Notes: a model not told the origin generated them from the letters alone. Counted from the first letter of the stretch, positions 24,271-34,017 are shown. The stretch: 64,000 nucleotides of DNA from an uncultured delta proteobacterium (GCA_963761335.1 CAVXGR010000004.1:134992-198991); one strand, 5' to 3'. Numbers and translations: made by a program.

Positions 24271-25665
24271 ATGAGTAGCAGCAGCTCCCCGTCCGCGGCG
24301 CGCGACGACGCCCCAGTCCCCGACGCCGGCCCGCCCGACAACCTTCCTCTGAGCGAGCTCAGCGGCTGGGGCCGCTATCCGATCGTCGAGGGCTACGAGC
24401 GCCGGGGCGAGGACCTGGAGGCCCTCACCGCGGGCGTGAGCCTGACTCGCGGGCTGGGGCGTTCCTACGGCGACGCCTCGCTCCCGGCCGGTCCCAAGCT
24501 GGTCGCCGGCACTCCTCTCGCCGACCGCCTGCTGGCCTTCGATGCAGAGGCGGGCGTGGTGCGCGCCGAGGCCGGCTTTCCGCTGATGAAGCTCAACCGC
24601 ATCTTCTTCTCCCGCGGCTGGTTTACGCCGGTGACCCCGGGTACGCACTACGTCACCGTCGGTGGCATGGTGGCCGCGGACGTGCACGGCAAGAATCACC
24701 ACGTGCGCGGCTGCTTCGGCGAGCACGTGCGCGGGCTGCGCATGCGAGTCGCCGACGGCCGCGTCCTCGAATGCGATGACGAGCGCCACCGCGATCTCTT
24801 TCGCGCCACGCTCGGCGGCATGGGGCTCACCGGCCACATCCTCGAGGTCGAGTTCCAGATGGAGCACATCGCCTCGCCGTGGATCTGGCAGGAGAGCGAG
24901 CGCATCGCCGACTTCGACGGCGTTCTCGAGCGCCTGGAAGAGGCGGGCAAGAGCTGGCCGTACACCGTCTGCTGGGCCGACTTCCTCAGCCGCGGAGCGG
25001 GTGCCGGCCGCGGCCTGCTGATGAAGGGCCGCTGGGCCGAGCCATCCGAGGCGCCGCCGCGACAGCCGCGCTGGCGCAGCACTCTCGAGCTCCCCTTCCC
25101 GCTGCCGAGCTGGGCGGTGCAGCCGTGGATGGTCGGCCTCGGCAACCGGCTGAACTACTGGAAGCACGGCGCCCGAACCCGCACCGGCATCATCCATCCC
25201 GAGACCTTCTTCTACCCGCTCGACGTGGTTCGCCAGTGGAACCGCCTCTACGGGCGGCGCGGCTTCACGCAGTTCCAATGCGTGCTGCCGCCGCCGCACG
25301 GGCACCCGCGGCACCGCCGTCTCCTGCAGCTGCTGCAGGAGAGGCGTGCGCCCATCTACCTCTGCGTGATCAAGGACTGCGGCGCCGAGGGCAAGGGCAT
25401 GCTCTCCTTCCCCAGGCCCGGCGTGTCCTACGCCCTCGACATGCCCGTCTTCGACGGAATCCAGCCGCTGATCGACGAGCTCAACGAGCTGGTGATCGCC
25501 GAGGGCGGCCGCATCTACCTCGCCAAGGACGCCTTCACGCGCGCCGAGCACTTCCGCGCCATGGAGCCGCGCCTGGACGACTGGCTGGCCGTCCGTCGCC
25601 GCTGGGATCCGCAGGGTCGGCTGCGCAGCGCCCAGTCGGTACGGGTCCTCGGGGACGAGCCGTGA
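24271..25665 (+). CDS. FAD-binding oxidoreductase, DprE1-like
   Basis: RGLGRSYGDAS, PVTPGTHYVTVGGMVAADVHGKNHH, GGMGLTG, GGRIYLAKD. Confidence 0.9.
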   Translation: MSSSSSPSAARDDAPVPDAGPPDNLPLSELSGWGRYPIVEGYERRGEDLEALTAGVSLTRGLGRSYGDASLPAGPKLVAGTPLADRLLAFDAEAGVVRAEAGFPLMKLNRIFFSRGWFTPVTPGTHYVTVGGMVAADVHGKNHHVRGCFGEHVRGLRMRVADGRVLECDDERHRDLFRATLGGMGLTGHILEVEFQMEHIASPWIWQESERIADFDGVLERLEEAGKSWPYTVCWADFLSRGAGAGRGLLMKGRWAEPSEAPPRQPRWRSTLELPFPLPSWAVQPWMVGLGNRLNYWKHGARTRTGIIHPETFFYPLDVVRQWNRLYGRRGFTQFQCVLPPPHGHPRHRRLLQLLQERRAPIYLCVIKDCGAEGKGMLSFPRPGVSYALDMPVFDGIQPLIDELNELVIAEGGRIYLAKDAFTRAEHFRAMEPRLDDWLAVRRRWDPQGRLRSAQSVRVLGDEP

Positions 25666-26399
25666 AGGCGGTTCTCCTCGGCGGCTCGCGCGGCATGGGC
25701 CGCGCGCTGGCGCGTCTGATGGCCGAGCGCGGCGATCGCATCTGCCTGCTCGGCCGCGATCTCGACGACCTGCGGCGCAGCGCCCGCGATCTCGAGATTC
25801 GCGGCGCCGCCGGCGAGGTGGGCGTCGCTCATTGCGATCTGCTCGACCCCGGCAGCTTCGCTCCCGCCCTGGACGAGGCGGCGCGGCAGCTCGGCGGCTT
25901 CGACACCGCGGTGCTCACCGCTGGCCTCTTCGCCAGTCAGGACGATCTCGAGCGCGACGCCGAGCTACGCTCCCGGCTGCTCACCGCCAACTTCGTCAAC
26001 AGCATTCAGTTCTGCGAGGAGGTGCGCCATCGCCTGCTCGCCGCCGGGGGCGGCACGCTCTGCGTCTTCAGCTCGGTGGCCGGCGAGCGCGGCCGCAAGC
26101 CGGTGATCCTCTACGGCGCTTCGAAGGCCGGTCTGTCGCGCTATCTCGAAGGGCTCGACCACAAGTACCGCGCCCAGGGCCTGCGCACGGTGACCGTGAA
26201 GCCGGGCTTCGTGAAGACGGGAATGACCGCCAACCTGAAGCCGCCGCCGTTTGCGGGCGAGCCGGAGGACGTTGCCCGCGTCGTCTTGAAGGCCATCGAC
26301 CGCGGCACGCCGGAGGTCTTCGCGCCGGCTCCCTGGCGCTGGATCATGCTGGTCATCCGCAACCTGCCGCGCGCCGTCATGCGCCGCATCGGCTTCTGA
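25662..26399 (+). CDS. SDR oxidoreductase, DprE2-like
   Basis: GGSRGMG, FSSVAGERGR, YGASKAG, VKPGFVKTGMT; GTGA coupling. Confidence 0.88.
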   Translation: MKAVLLGGSRGMGRALARLMAERGDRICLLGRDLDDLRRSARDLEIRGAAGEVGVAHCDLLDPGSFAPALDEAARQLGGFDTAVLTAGLFASQDDLERDAELRSRLLTANFVNSIQFCEEVRHRLLAAGGGTLCVFSSVAGERGRKPVILYGASKAGLSRYLEGLDHKYRAQGLRTVTVKPGFVKTGMTANLKPPPFAGEPEDVARVVLKAIDRGTPEVFAPAPWRWIMLVIRNLPRAVMRRIGF

Positions 26400-26406
26400 G
26401 ACGACC

Positions 26407-26658
26407 TCAGAGCAAGAGGAAGGGCAGTGCCGCGCCGAGGACGATGAGGCCGATGCCGACGATGATCACCGCGATCTCACCGGCCTTATCGTTCCAGCCC
26501 TCCTCCTCTTCGACGGGAACGACCGGTCGGGTAGTGGACATTGTCCCTTCCTGTTCCAGCCGCACCATCTCCCGGTGATCGCGGGCGCCGCAGCCGGCCT
26601 CGAGCATCAGACCGCCGCCCAGCGCGAGAACCAGCAACAGCACGTACATCGCTCTCAT
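26407..26658 (-). CDS. Small membrane protein/lipoprotein, hypothetical
   Basis: N-terminal hydrophobic segment with EAGC lipobox-like site; C-terminal TM helix. Confidence 0.6.
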   Translation of the reverse strand: MRAMYVLLLVLALGGGLMLEAGCGARDHREMVRLEQEGTMSTTRPVVPVEEEEGWNDKAGEIAVIIVGIGLIVLGAALPFLLL

Positions 26659-26781
26659 CGGATTCGATACCTCGACCCCGATGATTAGATGCCCTCTGAC
26701 GGGGAGTCAAACGGAGAAGGTTGTCGCATCGGGCGGCGGGAGGGCGAATCTCCTGCTGAGCCTCGCGGCTCGCCCTCCAAC

Positions 26782-27309
26782 TCATCGCCGCCGCAGGGCC
26801 TCGTCCATGAACGGCCGAAAGGCCGCCGCCTCGGGGCTCTCCGCGCCGGTGGGCACGGCGCGCAGGAGCTCGACGTACTGCTGCGGCAGCCCGTGCTCGC
26901 TGGCGCCGTCGATCAGCAGACCGAGATAACGTTGCGACGGCAGCAGCGTCGGATCGGCGCGATCGGACGTCAGCGTGAAAGCGACGCGGCACTGGCTGCG
27001 GGGCGGACACAGCACTTCGATCTCGGCGCGTTCGTAGTTGCCGATGAGCACGCCTTCGGTGAGCTCGACGTGGGCGAGATCGTCGTCGCTGATCTCGTAG
27101 ACGACGCCCCACACGGCGGCGTTGGGGTCGCGCACGATGTTGGCGTAGGCCTCCCTCATCGGAACGATCGGCGGCTTGTCGAAGACGATTCTCCAGCCGC
27201 GCGCGTAGCCGGCGACGGCGGCGCGGAACTCGATACCGCGACGGCCGCGAAAGGTCGCCGTCTGCATGTTGGAGCCGTAGGCGAAGTACCAGGGCACGAT
27301 CGATTGCAT
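26782..27309 (-). CDS. Gamma-glutamylcyclotransferase family
   Basis: YFAYGSNM, VWGVVYEI, TEG, PSQRYLGLLIDGASEHGLP. Confidence 0.88.
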   Translation of the reverse strand: MQSIVPWYFAYGSNMQTATFRGRRGIEFRAAVAGYARGWRIVFDKPPIVPMREAYANIVRDPNAAVWGVVYEISDDDLAHVELTEGVLIGNYERAEIEVLCPPRSQCRVAFTLTSDRADPTLLPSQRYLGLLIDGASEHGLPQQYVELLRAVPTGAESPEAAAFRPFMDEALRRR

Positions 27310-27344
27310 AGGCAGAGCGCCGCGGGAACGCAACGGAAGGGCGT

Positions 27345-27389
27345 CTCGGTGTCTCAGTGGCTCGGTTTGTGGGTTGTCGGGTTTGCGGG
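27345..27389. repeat. Octamer-register array, single arm (E1)
   Basis: CTCGGTGT|CTCAGTGG|CTCGGTTT|GTGGGTTG|TCGGGTTT; GT recurs every 8 nt (27349, 57, 65, 73, 81). Confidence 0.7.
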
Positions 27390-27499
27390 AGGCCTTGATC
27401 CTTGTGTGAGAGAAGGAGTTGTAAGAAGAGGAGTTGCATGCACCCGCGGCGTTGACCATAATTTCTACGTTGACACCCTGGGGCCGATCCGGGGGAATC

Positions 27500-28804
27500 A
27501 TGGACAATCGAATCGCAGGGAAGATGGTGGTCATGGCGAGCGCCCTCGTCGCCATAGTGTTCGCGCGTCCGGCATGTGCCGGCCGATTTGTCGCCAGCGG
27601 AGAGGGGGTTCCCTCTTGCTCCAGCTGTGCCGCCCCTGGCCAAGCATGCGTGCTCGACTACGGCGCCTATGGGCACCTCACCGAGCAGGCAACCGGAATG
27701 CCGGTCGCCGGAGCGCGCGTCGAGATCGACGGCTTGCCCGCAGTGATCACCGGCGAGGACGGCGCCTACGATATCCGCGGTGCCCGCGACGACATGTGCA
27801 ACTTGGATTACTCGCTGCAGCTGACGGTCGATGCGGCCGGCTTCGACCTCTTTGAGTTCACCGGGTATTTCTCCGCCGTGGCGCTGCCGCTCTCGTTCGA
27901 TGTGCAGCTGCACCCGTTCGCGACCCGGACGCCGACGCGTGAAGCTTCCTGCACGCCAGGGCCGAACCCGCCACCGGGATGCCCGTACGAAGGGGGTACT
28001 TTCACGCCGACCCCTATGGCGACTGTAACGCCCGGGGACTGTCCGCCGAGTTGCCAGTACCTGGCGCACTGCCGGGAATACTGGGGTGCCGTCGTCATGG
28101 ACGGATTCTGTCTTCCAGAAGAGGGATGCAGATGCGCGGTTGAGCTGGTGCCGACGGCGATTCCGGCCACGCCGACGCCGACTGCGGTGGGCGATCTGCC
28201 CGATCTGATTCCGTCGCGGGTCTCTCTGTTCGCGCCGCCGCCCCCAGGGGGCTGTCTGCCGCCGGGGGGATCGATCCCTACGCCGCAGGACGAGGTGTGC
28301 GTGATGAACCGCGGTGCCGCAGCCTCCGGGTCGTTTGCCGTCACGGTGGAGTCCTCGCAGTCGGTCGAGGTTGATCGCTTCGACGTTGGACCTCTCGCGG
28401 CGGGCGAGGAGCGTTGCGTGCGTCGCGCCTACACGCCGTTTCAGGTTGAGGTTGCGGTCGACGTGGACAATGTCGTCCCCGAGAGTGACGAGACCAACAA
28501 CCGCGGCGACTTCTTCGTGCCGGTGCTGACGCCGCCGCCGGCGTGTACCGGGGCGCCGTCACCGAGCCCGACGCCGAGTCCGACGCTCAGCCCGATCGAG
28601 CCGCAACCGAGCTCGACGCCCACGGCGACCCGCACCGCCGGCGTGACGCCGAGCCCCGGCGGAAACGCCGCTACGGCGACGCCGACCGAGACGCCCGAGC
28701 CCGCGCCGGGCGGGAGCGGCTGCGCCGTGATTCCGGCCGCCGCCAACGGCTGGCCGACGGCCCTGCTGGGAATGCTCCTGCTGGCCTTTCGCCGCCGCCG
28801 GTGA
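27500..28804 (+). CDS. Secreted/surface protein: carboxypeptidase-regulatory-like domain, Cys-rich segment, CARDB domain, PT linkers, MYXO-CTERM-like anchor
   Basis: TGMPVAGARVEI..TGEDGAY; LPDL..VMNRG..VDVDNVVPESDETNN; C-terminus GSGCAV..LLGMLLLAFRRRR. Confidence 0.8.
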   Translation: MDNRIAGKMVVMASALVAIVFARPACAGRFVASGEGVPSCSSCAAPGQACVLDYGAYGHLTEQATGMPVAGARVEIDGLPAVITGEDGAYDIRGARDDMCNLDYSLQLTVDAAGFDLFEFTGYFSAVALPLSFDVQLHPFATRTPTREASCTPGPNPPPGCPYEGGTFTPTPMATVTPGDCPPSCQYLAHCREYWGAVVMDGFCLPEEGCRCAVELVPTAIPATPTPTAVGDLPDLIPSRVSLFAPPPPGGCLPPGGSIPTPQDEVCVMNRGAAASGSFAVTVESSQSVEVDRFDVGPLAAGEERCVRRAYTPFQVEVAVDVDNVVPESDETNNRGDFFVPVLTPPPACTGAPSPSPTPSPTLSPIEPQPSSTPTATRTAGVTPSPGGNAATATPTETPEPAPGGSGCAVIPAAANGWPTALLGMLLLAFRRRR

Positions 28805-28814
28805 TCCATGGATC

Positions 28815-29866
28815 TCAGCCCGGCGGCGGCCAGAGCCTTCTCCAGCTGCTTCTCCGTCGAGCCGTAGTGCTGCTCGAGGCTCTTGGCGCGCTTGAAGTAG
28901 AGGTGCAGGTCGAGCTCCCAGGTGAAGCCGATGCCGCCGTGCATCTGGATCGATTCGCCACAGACGAGGCGGGCGGCGTCGCCGGCGTAGGCCTTGGCGG
29001 TGGCCGCGGTGAGCGGCGCCTCGAGGATCGCCGGTGTCGTGGCACCACGCGGCGCGGTAGACGGCGGAGCGGCTCGACTCGGTCTTCAGCAGCATGTCGG
29101 CGAGGCGGTGCTGGAGCGCCTGGAAGGCGCCGATCGGCTTGCGAAACGCCTGGCGTGTCTGGACATACTCGAGGGTCATTTCCAGGCAGCGGCTCATGAT
29201 GCCGAGCAGCAGTGCCGCGGCGCCGAGGGAGCCGAGTCGCTCGACCGGCTCGAGCAGGGTGGCCGGACCGACGACCGTTGCCGGATGGTCGAGAGAGACG
29301 GCGCCGAAGCGCGCCGCCAGGTCGATGGTCGGCTCGGGGGTGACCTCGAACGGGCCGCGGACCAGGCAGACCTCGGTCGGCGTGGTCACCAGCAGGGCGT
29401 CGGCGTACGCCGCGAAGGGCACGTAGTGCTTGCGGCCGCGCACGCGTCCGCCGGCGACGCGCGTCGGCTCGGGCGCCGCGCCGGCGAAGGCGCTCTCGTC
29501 GCGGGCGATGGTCAGGAGCTTCTTGCCGGCGATCACCTCGGCGAGCAGCTCCGGGTTGCTGCCGCTGCCGTGCAGCAGCGAGGCGGCGAGCACCGCGTCG
29601 AGGTAGGGCCCCGGCATGCAGGCCCGGCCGATCTCCTCGAGGACGATGGCGAGCTCGATGGCGCCGAGCCCCTGGCCGCCGGCCTCGACCGGGAGCGTCA
29701 GGCCGAGATAGCCCATCTCCGCGAGCCGCGCCCACTCGGACGGATCGTAGCCGCGCTCGTCGTGCTCCAGCAGACGGCGACTTCGCTCGAGGGGCCACTC
29801 GCTGGCGAGAAAGTCGCGGGTCGAGTTGCGCAACAGTGCCTGGTCTTCGGAGAGCTCGAACTTCAT
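28815..29866 (-). pseudogene. Acyl-CoA dehydrogenase (beta-type partner), +1 frameshift near 29024; 3' end uncertain
   Basis: MKFELSEDQ..RQAFRKPIGAFQALQHRLAD..DTGDP, then frame change to EAPLTAATAKAYAG..QMHGGIGFTWE. Confidence 0.8.
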
Positions 29867-29868
29867 GG

Positions 29869-31042
29869 TCACACCTGCGGCAGCTTGAGAACCCGCTTGG
29901 AGATGATGTTTCGCTGAATCTCGGAAGATCCAGAGAAGATCGTCTCGGCGCGCGACCAGAGGAACTCGCGCGCCCAGACGACCTCGCTGCGCGCCGCAGG
30001 GCTCTGGCGCAGCGAGCTGAGCGCCCGGGCCGAGCAGGTCGATGGCGGTCTCGCGGAAGCGGCGGTCGAACTCGCTCCAGAAGATCTTCTCGATGGACGC
30101 CTCCGGTCCCGGCACCTTGCCGTCGGCGAGGTTGGCGAGCATGCGGATGCCGTTGGCGCGCAGCACCTCGTTCTCGACCAGCAGGCGTGCCAGCTTCTCA
30201 CGCACGGCGCTGCCGCCGCGGCCGAGCTCGCGGCAGGTCGCGGCGAGCTGCGCCAGATCGCGGCTGAAACGCGCCGCGAAGGAGAGCGAGGAGGCGCCGC
30301 GCTCGAAGGCGAGCACGGTCATGGCGATGCGCCAACCCTCGCCGATCTCGCCCAGCAGGTTCTCGCGGGGGACGCGAGCGTCCTCGAAGAACACCTCGCC
30401 GAACTCGCTCTCGCCGGTGATCTGGCGCAGCGGGCGCACGGTCACCCCTGGAGTGTCGAGCTTGCAGAGAATGAAGGAGATGCCGCCGTAGCGGTCGGCG
30501 GCGTCGGTACGTGCCAGGACGAAGATCCAGTCGGCCCAGGGGCCGAAGGTAGTCCAGATCTTCTGGCCGTTGAGGACGAAGGAGTCGCCGTCGATGCGGG
30601 CGCTGGTGCGCAGCGCCGCGAGGTCGCTGCCGGCGCCGGGCTCGCTGAACCCCTGGCACCAGATCTCGTCGGCGGCGAGCATCGGCGGGATGAAGCGGCG
30701 GCGCTGCTCCTCGGTGCCGTGATGGATCAGCGCCGGGCCGAGGAGCGAGATGCCCAGCAGGTTGAGAACCTGTGGCGCGTCGGCGCGCGCCGTCTCCTCG
30801 TCGAAGATCGATTCCTCGACCTCGCCGGCGCCGCGCCCACCCCACTCCACCGGCCAGCCCATGCCCAGATAGCCGGCGGCGTGCAGCTTGCGCTGCCACT
30901 CGCGGCGCAGCTCCATGAGGCTATCCTCGGTGTGCTTGGGGTCGCGCACGTCCTCGCGCCAAGACGGCGGCAGGTTGTCGCGCAGTCAGCCGCGCAGCTG
31001 GTCGCGAAACTGCTCGTGCCTTTCCGACAGATGTAGATCCAT
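29869..31042 (-). pseudogene. Acyl-CoA dehydrogenase (alpha-type), in-frame TGA at 30986-30988 and +1 frameshift near 30014
   Basis: MDLHLSERHEQFRDQLRG*LRDNLP; WCQGFSEPGAGSDLA, NGQKIWT, GEGWRIAMTVLAFER; tail TIFSGSSEIQRNII lies in another frame. Confidence 0.85.
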
Positions 31043-31130
31043 GCGAATTGCATGGGGGGCGCACGGACCGGTCAAGCCACCTGGGGGGCGGGGGCCCCAA
31101 CAGCCCCAACACGACCCCAGGTGGCGCCGA

Positions 31131-31260
31131 AGGTTGTTGGGTTGTTACGTTGTTGGTTGTTGGTAAGAAGGGGTGAACTGATCTAACAACCTAACAACGT
31201 AGCAACCAACAACCGTGCAGCCAACGGGCATCCCGGGAAACCTCAAGACCCAACACCTCG
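31131..31260. repeat. Inverted octamer-array element (E2)
   Basis: GGTTGTTG-type left arm and CCTAACAA-type right arm; extended homology to 59436-59636. Confidence 0.85.
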
Positions 31261-31301
31261 TCCCTTGATCCGCTTCCGCCCGGCAGGTAGCTATTTCCGC
31301 C

Positions 31302-32183
31302 ATGAAGGAAGACAACGGATTTCTGCGCTTTCGGGGGACTCCCGGCTACATTGCCGCCGGGCCGTTGATCGATGCGGTCAACTGCGCCATTGCCCTGCAG
31401 CGGCCGCTGCTGCTCAAGGGGGAGCCGGGCACGGGGAAGACGGTGTTGGCCGGTCACGTCGCCGCGGGGTTGGGCATGCCGATGCTGTCGTGGCACATCA
31501 AGTCGACCACCAAGGCCGCCGACGGCCTCTACGTCTACGACACCGTGCAGCGGCTCAACGACAGCCGCTTCGGCACCGGGGACGTCGCCGATATCCGCCG
31601 CTACATCAAGCTCGGACCGCTGGGAGAGTCGTTCGCCGCCGAGGAGCGTCAGGTGCTGCTCATCGACGAGATCGACAAGGCCGATCTCGAGTTTCCCAAC
31701 GACCTCCTGCGCGAGCTCGACGAGATGCGCTTCTCCATCTCCGAGACCGGCGAGGAGGTCGTCGCCAAGCATCGCCCGGTGGTGCTGATCACCTCCAATA
31801 ACGAGAAGGAGCTCCCGGACGCCTTCCTGCGCCGCTGCATCTTCCACTACATCGAGTTCCCCGACCCGGCGCTGATGCGCCAGATCGTCGACGTGCACCA
31901 CCCCCACCTCGACACCAAGCTCCTCGACCAGGTGCTGATCAAGTTCTACTGGCTGCGCGAGCAGGGCGACCTGCGCAAGAAGCCATCGACATCCGAGCTG
32001 GTCGACTGGATCGCGGCGCTGCTGCGCTCGGGCGTGAGCCTCGACAAGGTCGAGACCCACATCCCCTTCGTCGGCGCCCTCCTGAAGAAGGAGCAGGACG
32101 TCGATGCCCTGCAGCGCTACAACGCCGCCGACGGCCGCTACCCGAAGAGCTGGGCCGATCTCGGCCCCCGGTACAACCAGTGA
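31302..32183 (+). CDS. MoxR-like AAA+ ATPase
   Basis: GEPGTGKT Walker A, LLIDEIDKAD Walker B, ITSNNEKELPDAFLRRC. Confidence 0.95.
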   Translation: MKEDNGFLRFRGTPGYIAAGPLIDAVNCAIALQRPLLLKGEPGTGKTVLAGHVAAGLGMPMLSWHIKSTTKAADGLYVYDTVQRLNDSRFGTGDVADIRRYIKLGPLGESFAAEERQVLLIDEIDKADLEFPNDLLRELDEMRFSISETGEEVVAKHRPVVLITSNNEKELPDAFLRRCIFHYIEFPDPALMRQIVDVHHPHLDTKLLDQVLIKFYWLREQGDLRKKPSTSELVDWIAALLRSGVSLDKVETHIPFVGALLKKEQDVDALQRYNAADGRYPKSWADLGPRYNQ

Positions 32184-32190
32184 AGAAGAA

Positions 32191-32303
32191 GGTTGTTAGG
32201 TTGTTGAGTTGTTGGTTGTTGGGTTCCCCCGGCCCCGCCCTTTCAACTAGCAACGCAAACAACCTAGCAACCTAACAGCCTAACAACTCAACAACCCAAC
32301 AAC
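32191..32303. repeat. Inverted octamer-array element (E3)
   Basis: GGTTGTTAGGTTGTTGAGTTGTTGG ... CAACCTAGCAACCTAACAGCCTAACAACTCAACAACCCAACAAC directly before ATG 32304. Confidence 0.85.
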
Positions 32304-33491
32304 ATGTTTCTCGATCTCTTCTACGGATTGCGCAGCGAAGGGGTTCCGCTTGCCATTCAGGAATGGCAGACGTTCCTGCGGGCTCTCGAGGAAGGGTTGC
32401 ACGGCTCGAGCCTGCTGCGCTTCTACCATCTCGGGCGCGCCTGCCTGATCAAGAGCGAGACCTACTTCGACGCCTACGACCGGGTTTTCGCGCGGGTCTT
32501 CAAGGGCGTCGAGGGGGCGCTCGGCGACGACGTGACCGAGAAGGTCCTCGAGTGGCTGCGCGATTCGAAGAACTTCCCGAACCTGTCGCCGGAGGATCTG
32601 GCGAAGCTCGAGAGCCTGTCGTCGGATGAGCTCATGCGCCGCTTTCTCGAGACCCTCGAGAAGCAGACGGAACGCCACGACGGCGGCGACCGCTGGGTGG
32701 GCACCGGCGGCAAGTCGCCCTTCGGTCACGGCGGACAGCACCCGACCGGCATTCGCGTCGGTGGCCCGGCGAAGAGCCGCTCGGCGATGAAGGTGGCCGA
32801 GGAGCGCCGCTTCAAGAACTACCGCACCGACCTCTCTCTCGACCTGCGGCAGATGCGCGTCGCTCTGCGGCGCCTGCGCCAGCTGACCCGCAGCGGCGAC
32901 GCCACCGAGCTCGACCTCGACACCACCATCGACGAGACCTGCAAGAACGCCGGCGAGATCGAGCTGGTGTTTCGCCCGCCGCGGCGCAACGACGTGCGCG
33001 TGCTGCTGCTCATGGACGTGGGGGGTACCATGGACCCGTACTTCGAGCCGGTGAGTCAGCTGCTGACCGCCCTGCACGAGGAGCACAGCCTGCGCGACCT
33101 GCAGCCGTACTACTTCCACAACTGCATCTACGACGCCATCTACACCCAGGCGCGCATGATGCGCGAGGACGCCGTGCCCACGGGCGACGTCCTGCGGCGC
33201 CTGGATCACCGCTGGAAGGCGATCGTCGTCGGCGATGCCGCCATGCACCCGGCGGAGCTACTGGAGCCGTACGGCAACATCGATCCGCGCCGCACCGCGC
33301 CGACCCCGGGGGTCGTCTGGCTGCGGCGGATCGCCGAGCACTTCGACCGCAGCGTCTGGTTGAATCCGGAGGACCGTCCCTACTGGGAGACCCACACCAC
33401 CCGCGTCGTGCGGCGCCTCTTCCCGATGTTTCATCTCAGCGTCGATGGCTTAACGGAGGCGCTCAGGGCGCTGGTCGGGGCGCGGATCTGA
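32304..33491 (+). CDS. VWA/CoxE-like protein, partner of MoxR
   Basis: LLLMDVGGTMDP MIDAS-like motif, YYFHNCIY, VVGDAAMHP, WLNPE. Confidence 0.9.
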   Translation: MFLDLFYGLRSEGVPLAIQEWQTFLRALEEGLHGSSLLRFYHLGRACLIKSETYFDAYDRVFARVFKGVEGALGDDVTEKVLEWLRDSKNFPNLSPEDLAKLESLSSDELMRRFLETLEKQTERHDGGDRWVGTGGKSPFGHGGQHPTGIRVGGPAKSRSAMKVAEERRFKNYRTDLSLDLRQMRVALRRLRQLTRSGDATELDLDTTIDETCKNAGEIELVFRPPRRNDVRVLLLMDVGGTMDPYFEPVSQLLTALHEEHSLRDLQPYYFHNCIYDAIYTQARMMREDAVPTGDVLRRLDHRWKAIVVGDAAMHPAELLEPYGNIDPRRTAPTPGVVWLRRIAEHFDRSVWLNPEDRPYWETHTTRVVRRLFPMFHLSVDGLTEALRALVGARI

Positions 33492-33496
33492 AGTTG

Positions 33497-33592
33497 CTCG
33501 GTTTCTCAGTGGCTAGGTTCCTCGGTATCTCAGTGGTTCGGTTCCTCGGTGGCTCAGTGGCTCAGTTTCTCGGTGGCTCAGTGGTTCGGTGG
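33497..33592. repeat. 12 degenerate octamers (consensus CTCRGTGG), left arm of E4
   Basis: ctcggttt|ctcagtgg|ctaggttc|ctcggtat|ctcagtgg|ttcggttc|ctcggtgg|ctcagtgg|ctcagttt|ctcggtgg|ctcagtgg|ttcggtgg. Confidence 0.92.
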
Positions 33593-33992
33593 CTGGGGAT
33601 CGCCTGCGAGTGGGACTGGCGGCGATTTGACGGGCCGCGACGTGGCGCCGGAGGCCGCCGATGAGCCTCCGCGTGGTTTCGGATAAGGCATAGAGGGATT
33701 GGAGCTCGGCCGAGGTGATGTAGGATTGGTCCGCGGCGATGTAGAGCTGGGTCTCCAGCTCGCCGAGCGAAGCGATGGCAATCGTCAGGAAGCGGCAGAA
33801 CTCGGCTCGGACTCCGCGTTCGAATCCTTCAGCGATATTAGACATCACCGAAATCGCCGCGCGGCGAATCTGATCGCGGAGGGGGAAGTCTACCCGAAAC
33901 CCTGACTGGCGAGAGCAGGAGTACACAGAGTTGCAGAGATGTCTTGCTGCCTGCCAGGCATGCAACTCCTCGAATTTACTGATTGCGGCCAT
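33513..33992 (-). CDS. Four-helix-bundle protein (23S rRNA IVP / TIGR02436-type, Avd-related fold)
   Basis: FEELHAWQAA, LRDQIRRAAISVMSNIAEGFER, FLTIAIASLGELETQLYIAADQSYI; AGGAGG RBS. Confidence 0.93.
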   Translation of the reverse strand: MAAISKFEELHAWQAARHLCNSVYSCSRQSGFRVDFPLRDQIRRAAISVMSNIAEGFERGVRAEFCRFLTIAIASLGELETQLYIAADQSYITSAELQSLYALSETTRRLIGGLRRHVAARQIAASPTRRRSPATEPLSHRETEPLSHRGTEPLRYRGT

Positions 33993-34017
33993 CCATAGCC
34001 TCCTTCTCTTCTCACCG

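Noticed and set aside
28559..30949. Genuine 796-aa fused double acyl-CoA dehydrogenase
   Set aside because: The true C-terminus of gene A lies in another frame; the fusion results from a +1 frameshift
30986..30988. Alternative genetic code or selenocysteine at the in-frame TGA
   Set aside because: TGA ends many genes here (ATGA/GTGA overlaps), TGG encodes Trp throughout, the position is a Trp site, and the same gene has another lesion
33513..33992. Diversity-generating retroelement or rRNA intervening sequence
   Set aside because: No reverse transcriptase, no TR/VR pair with adenine-specific mismatches and no rRNA sequence seen in the window
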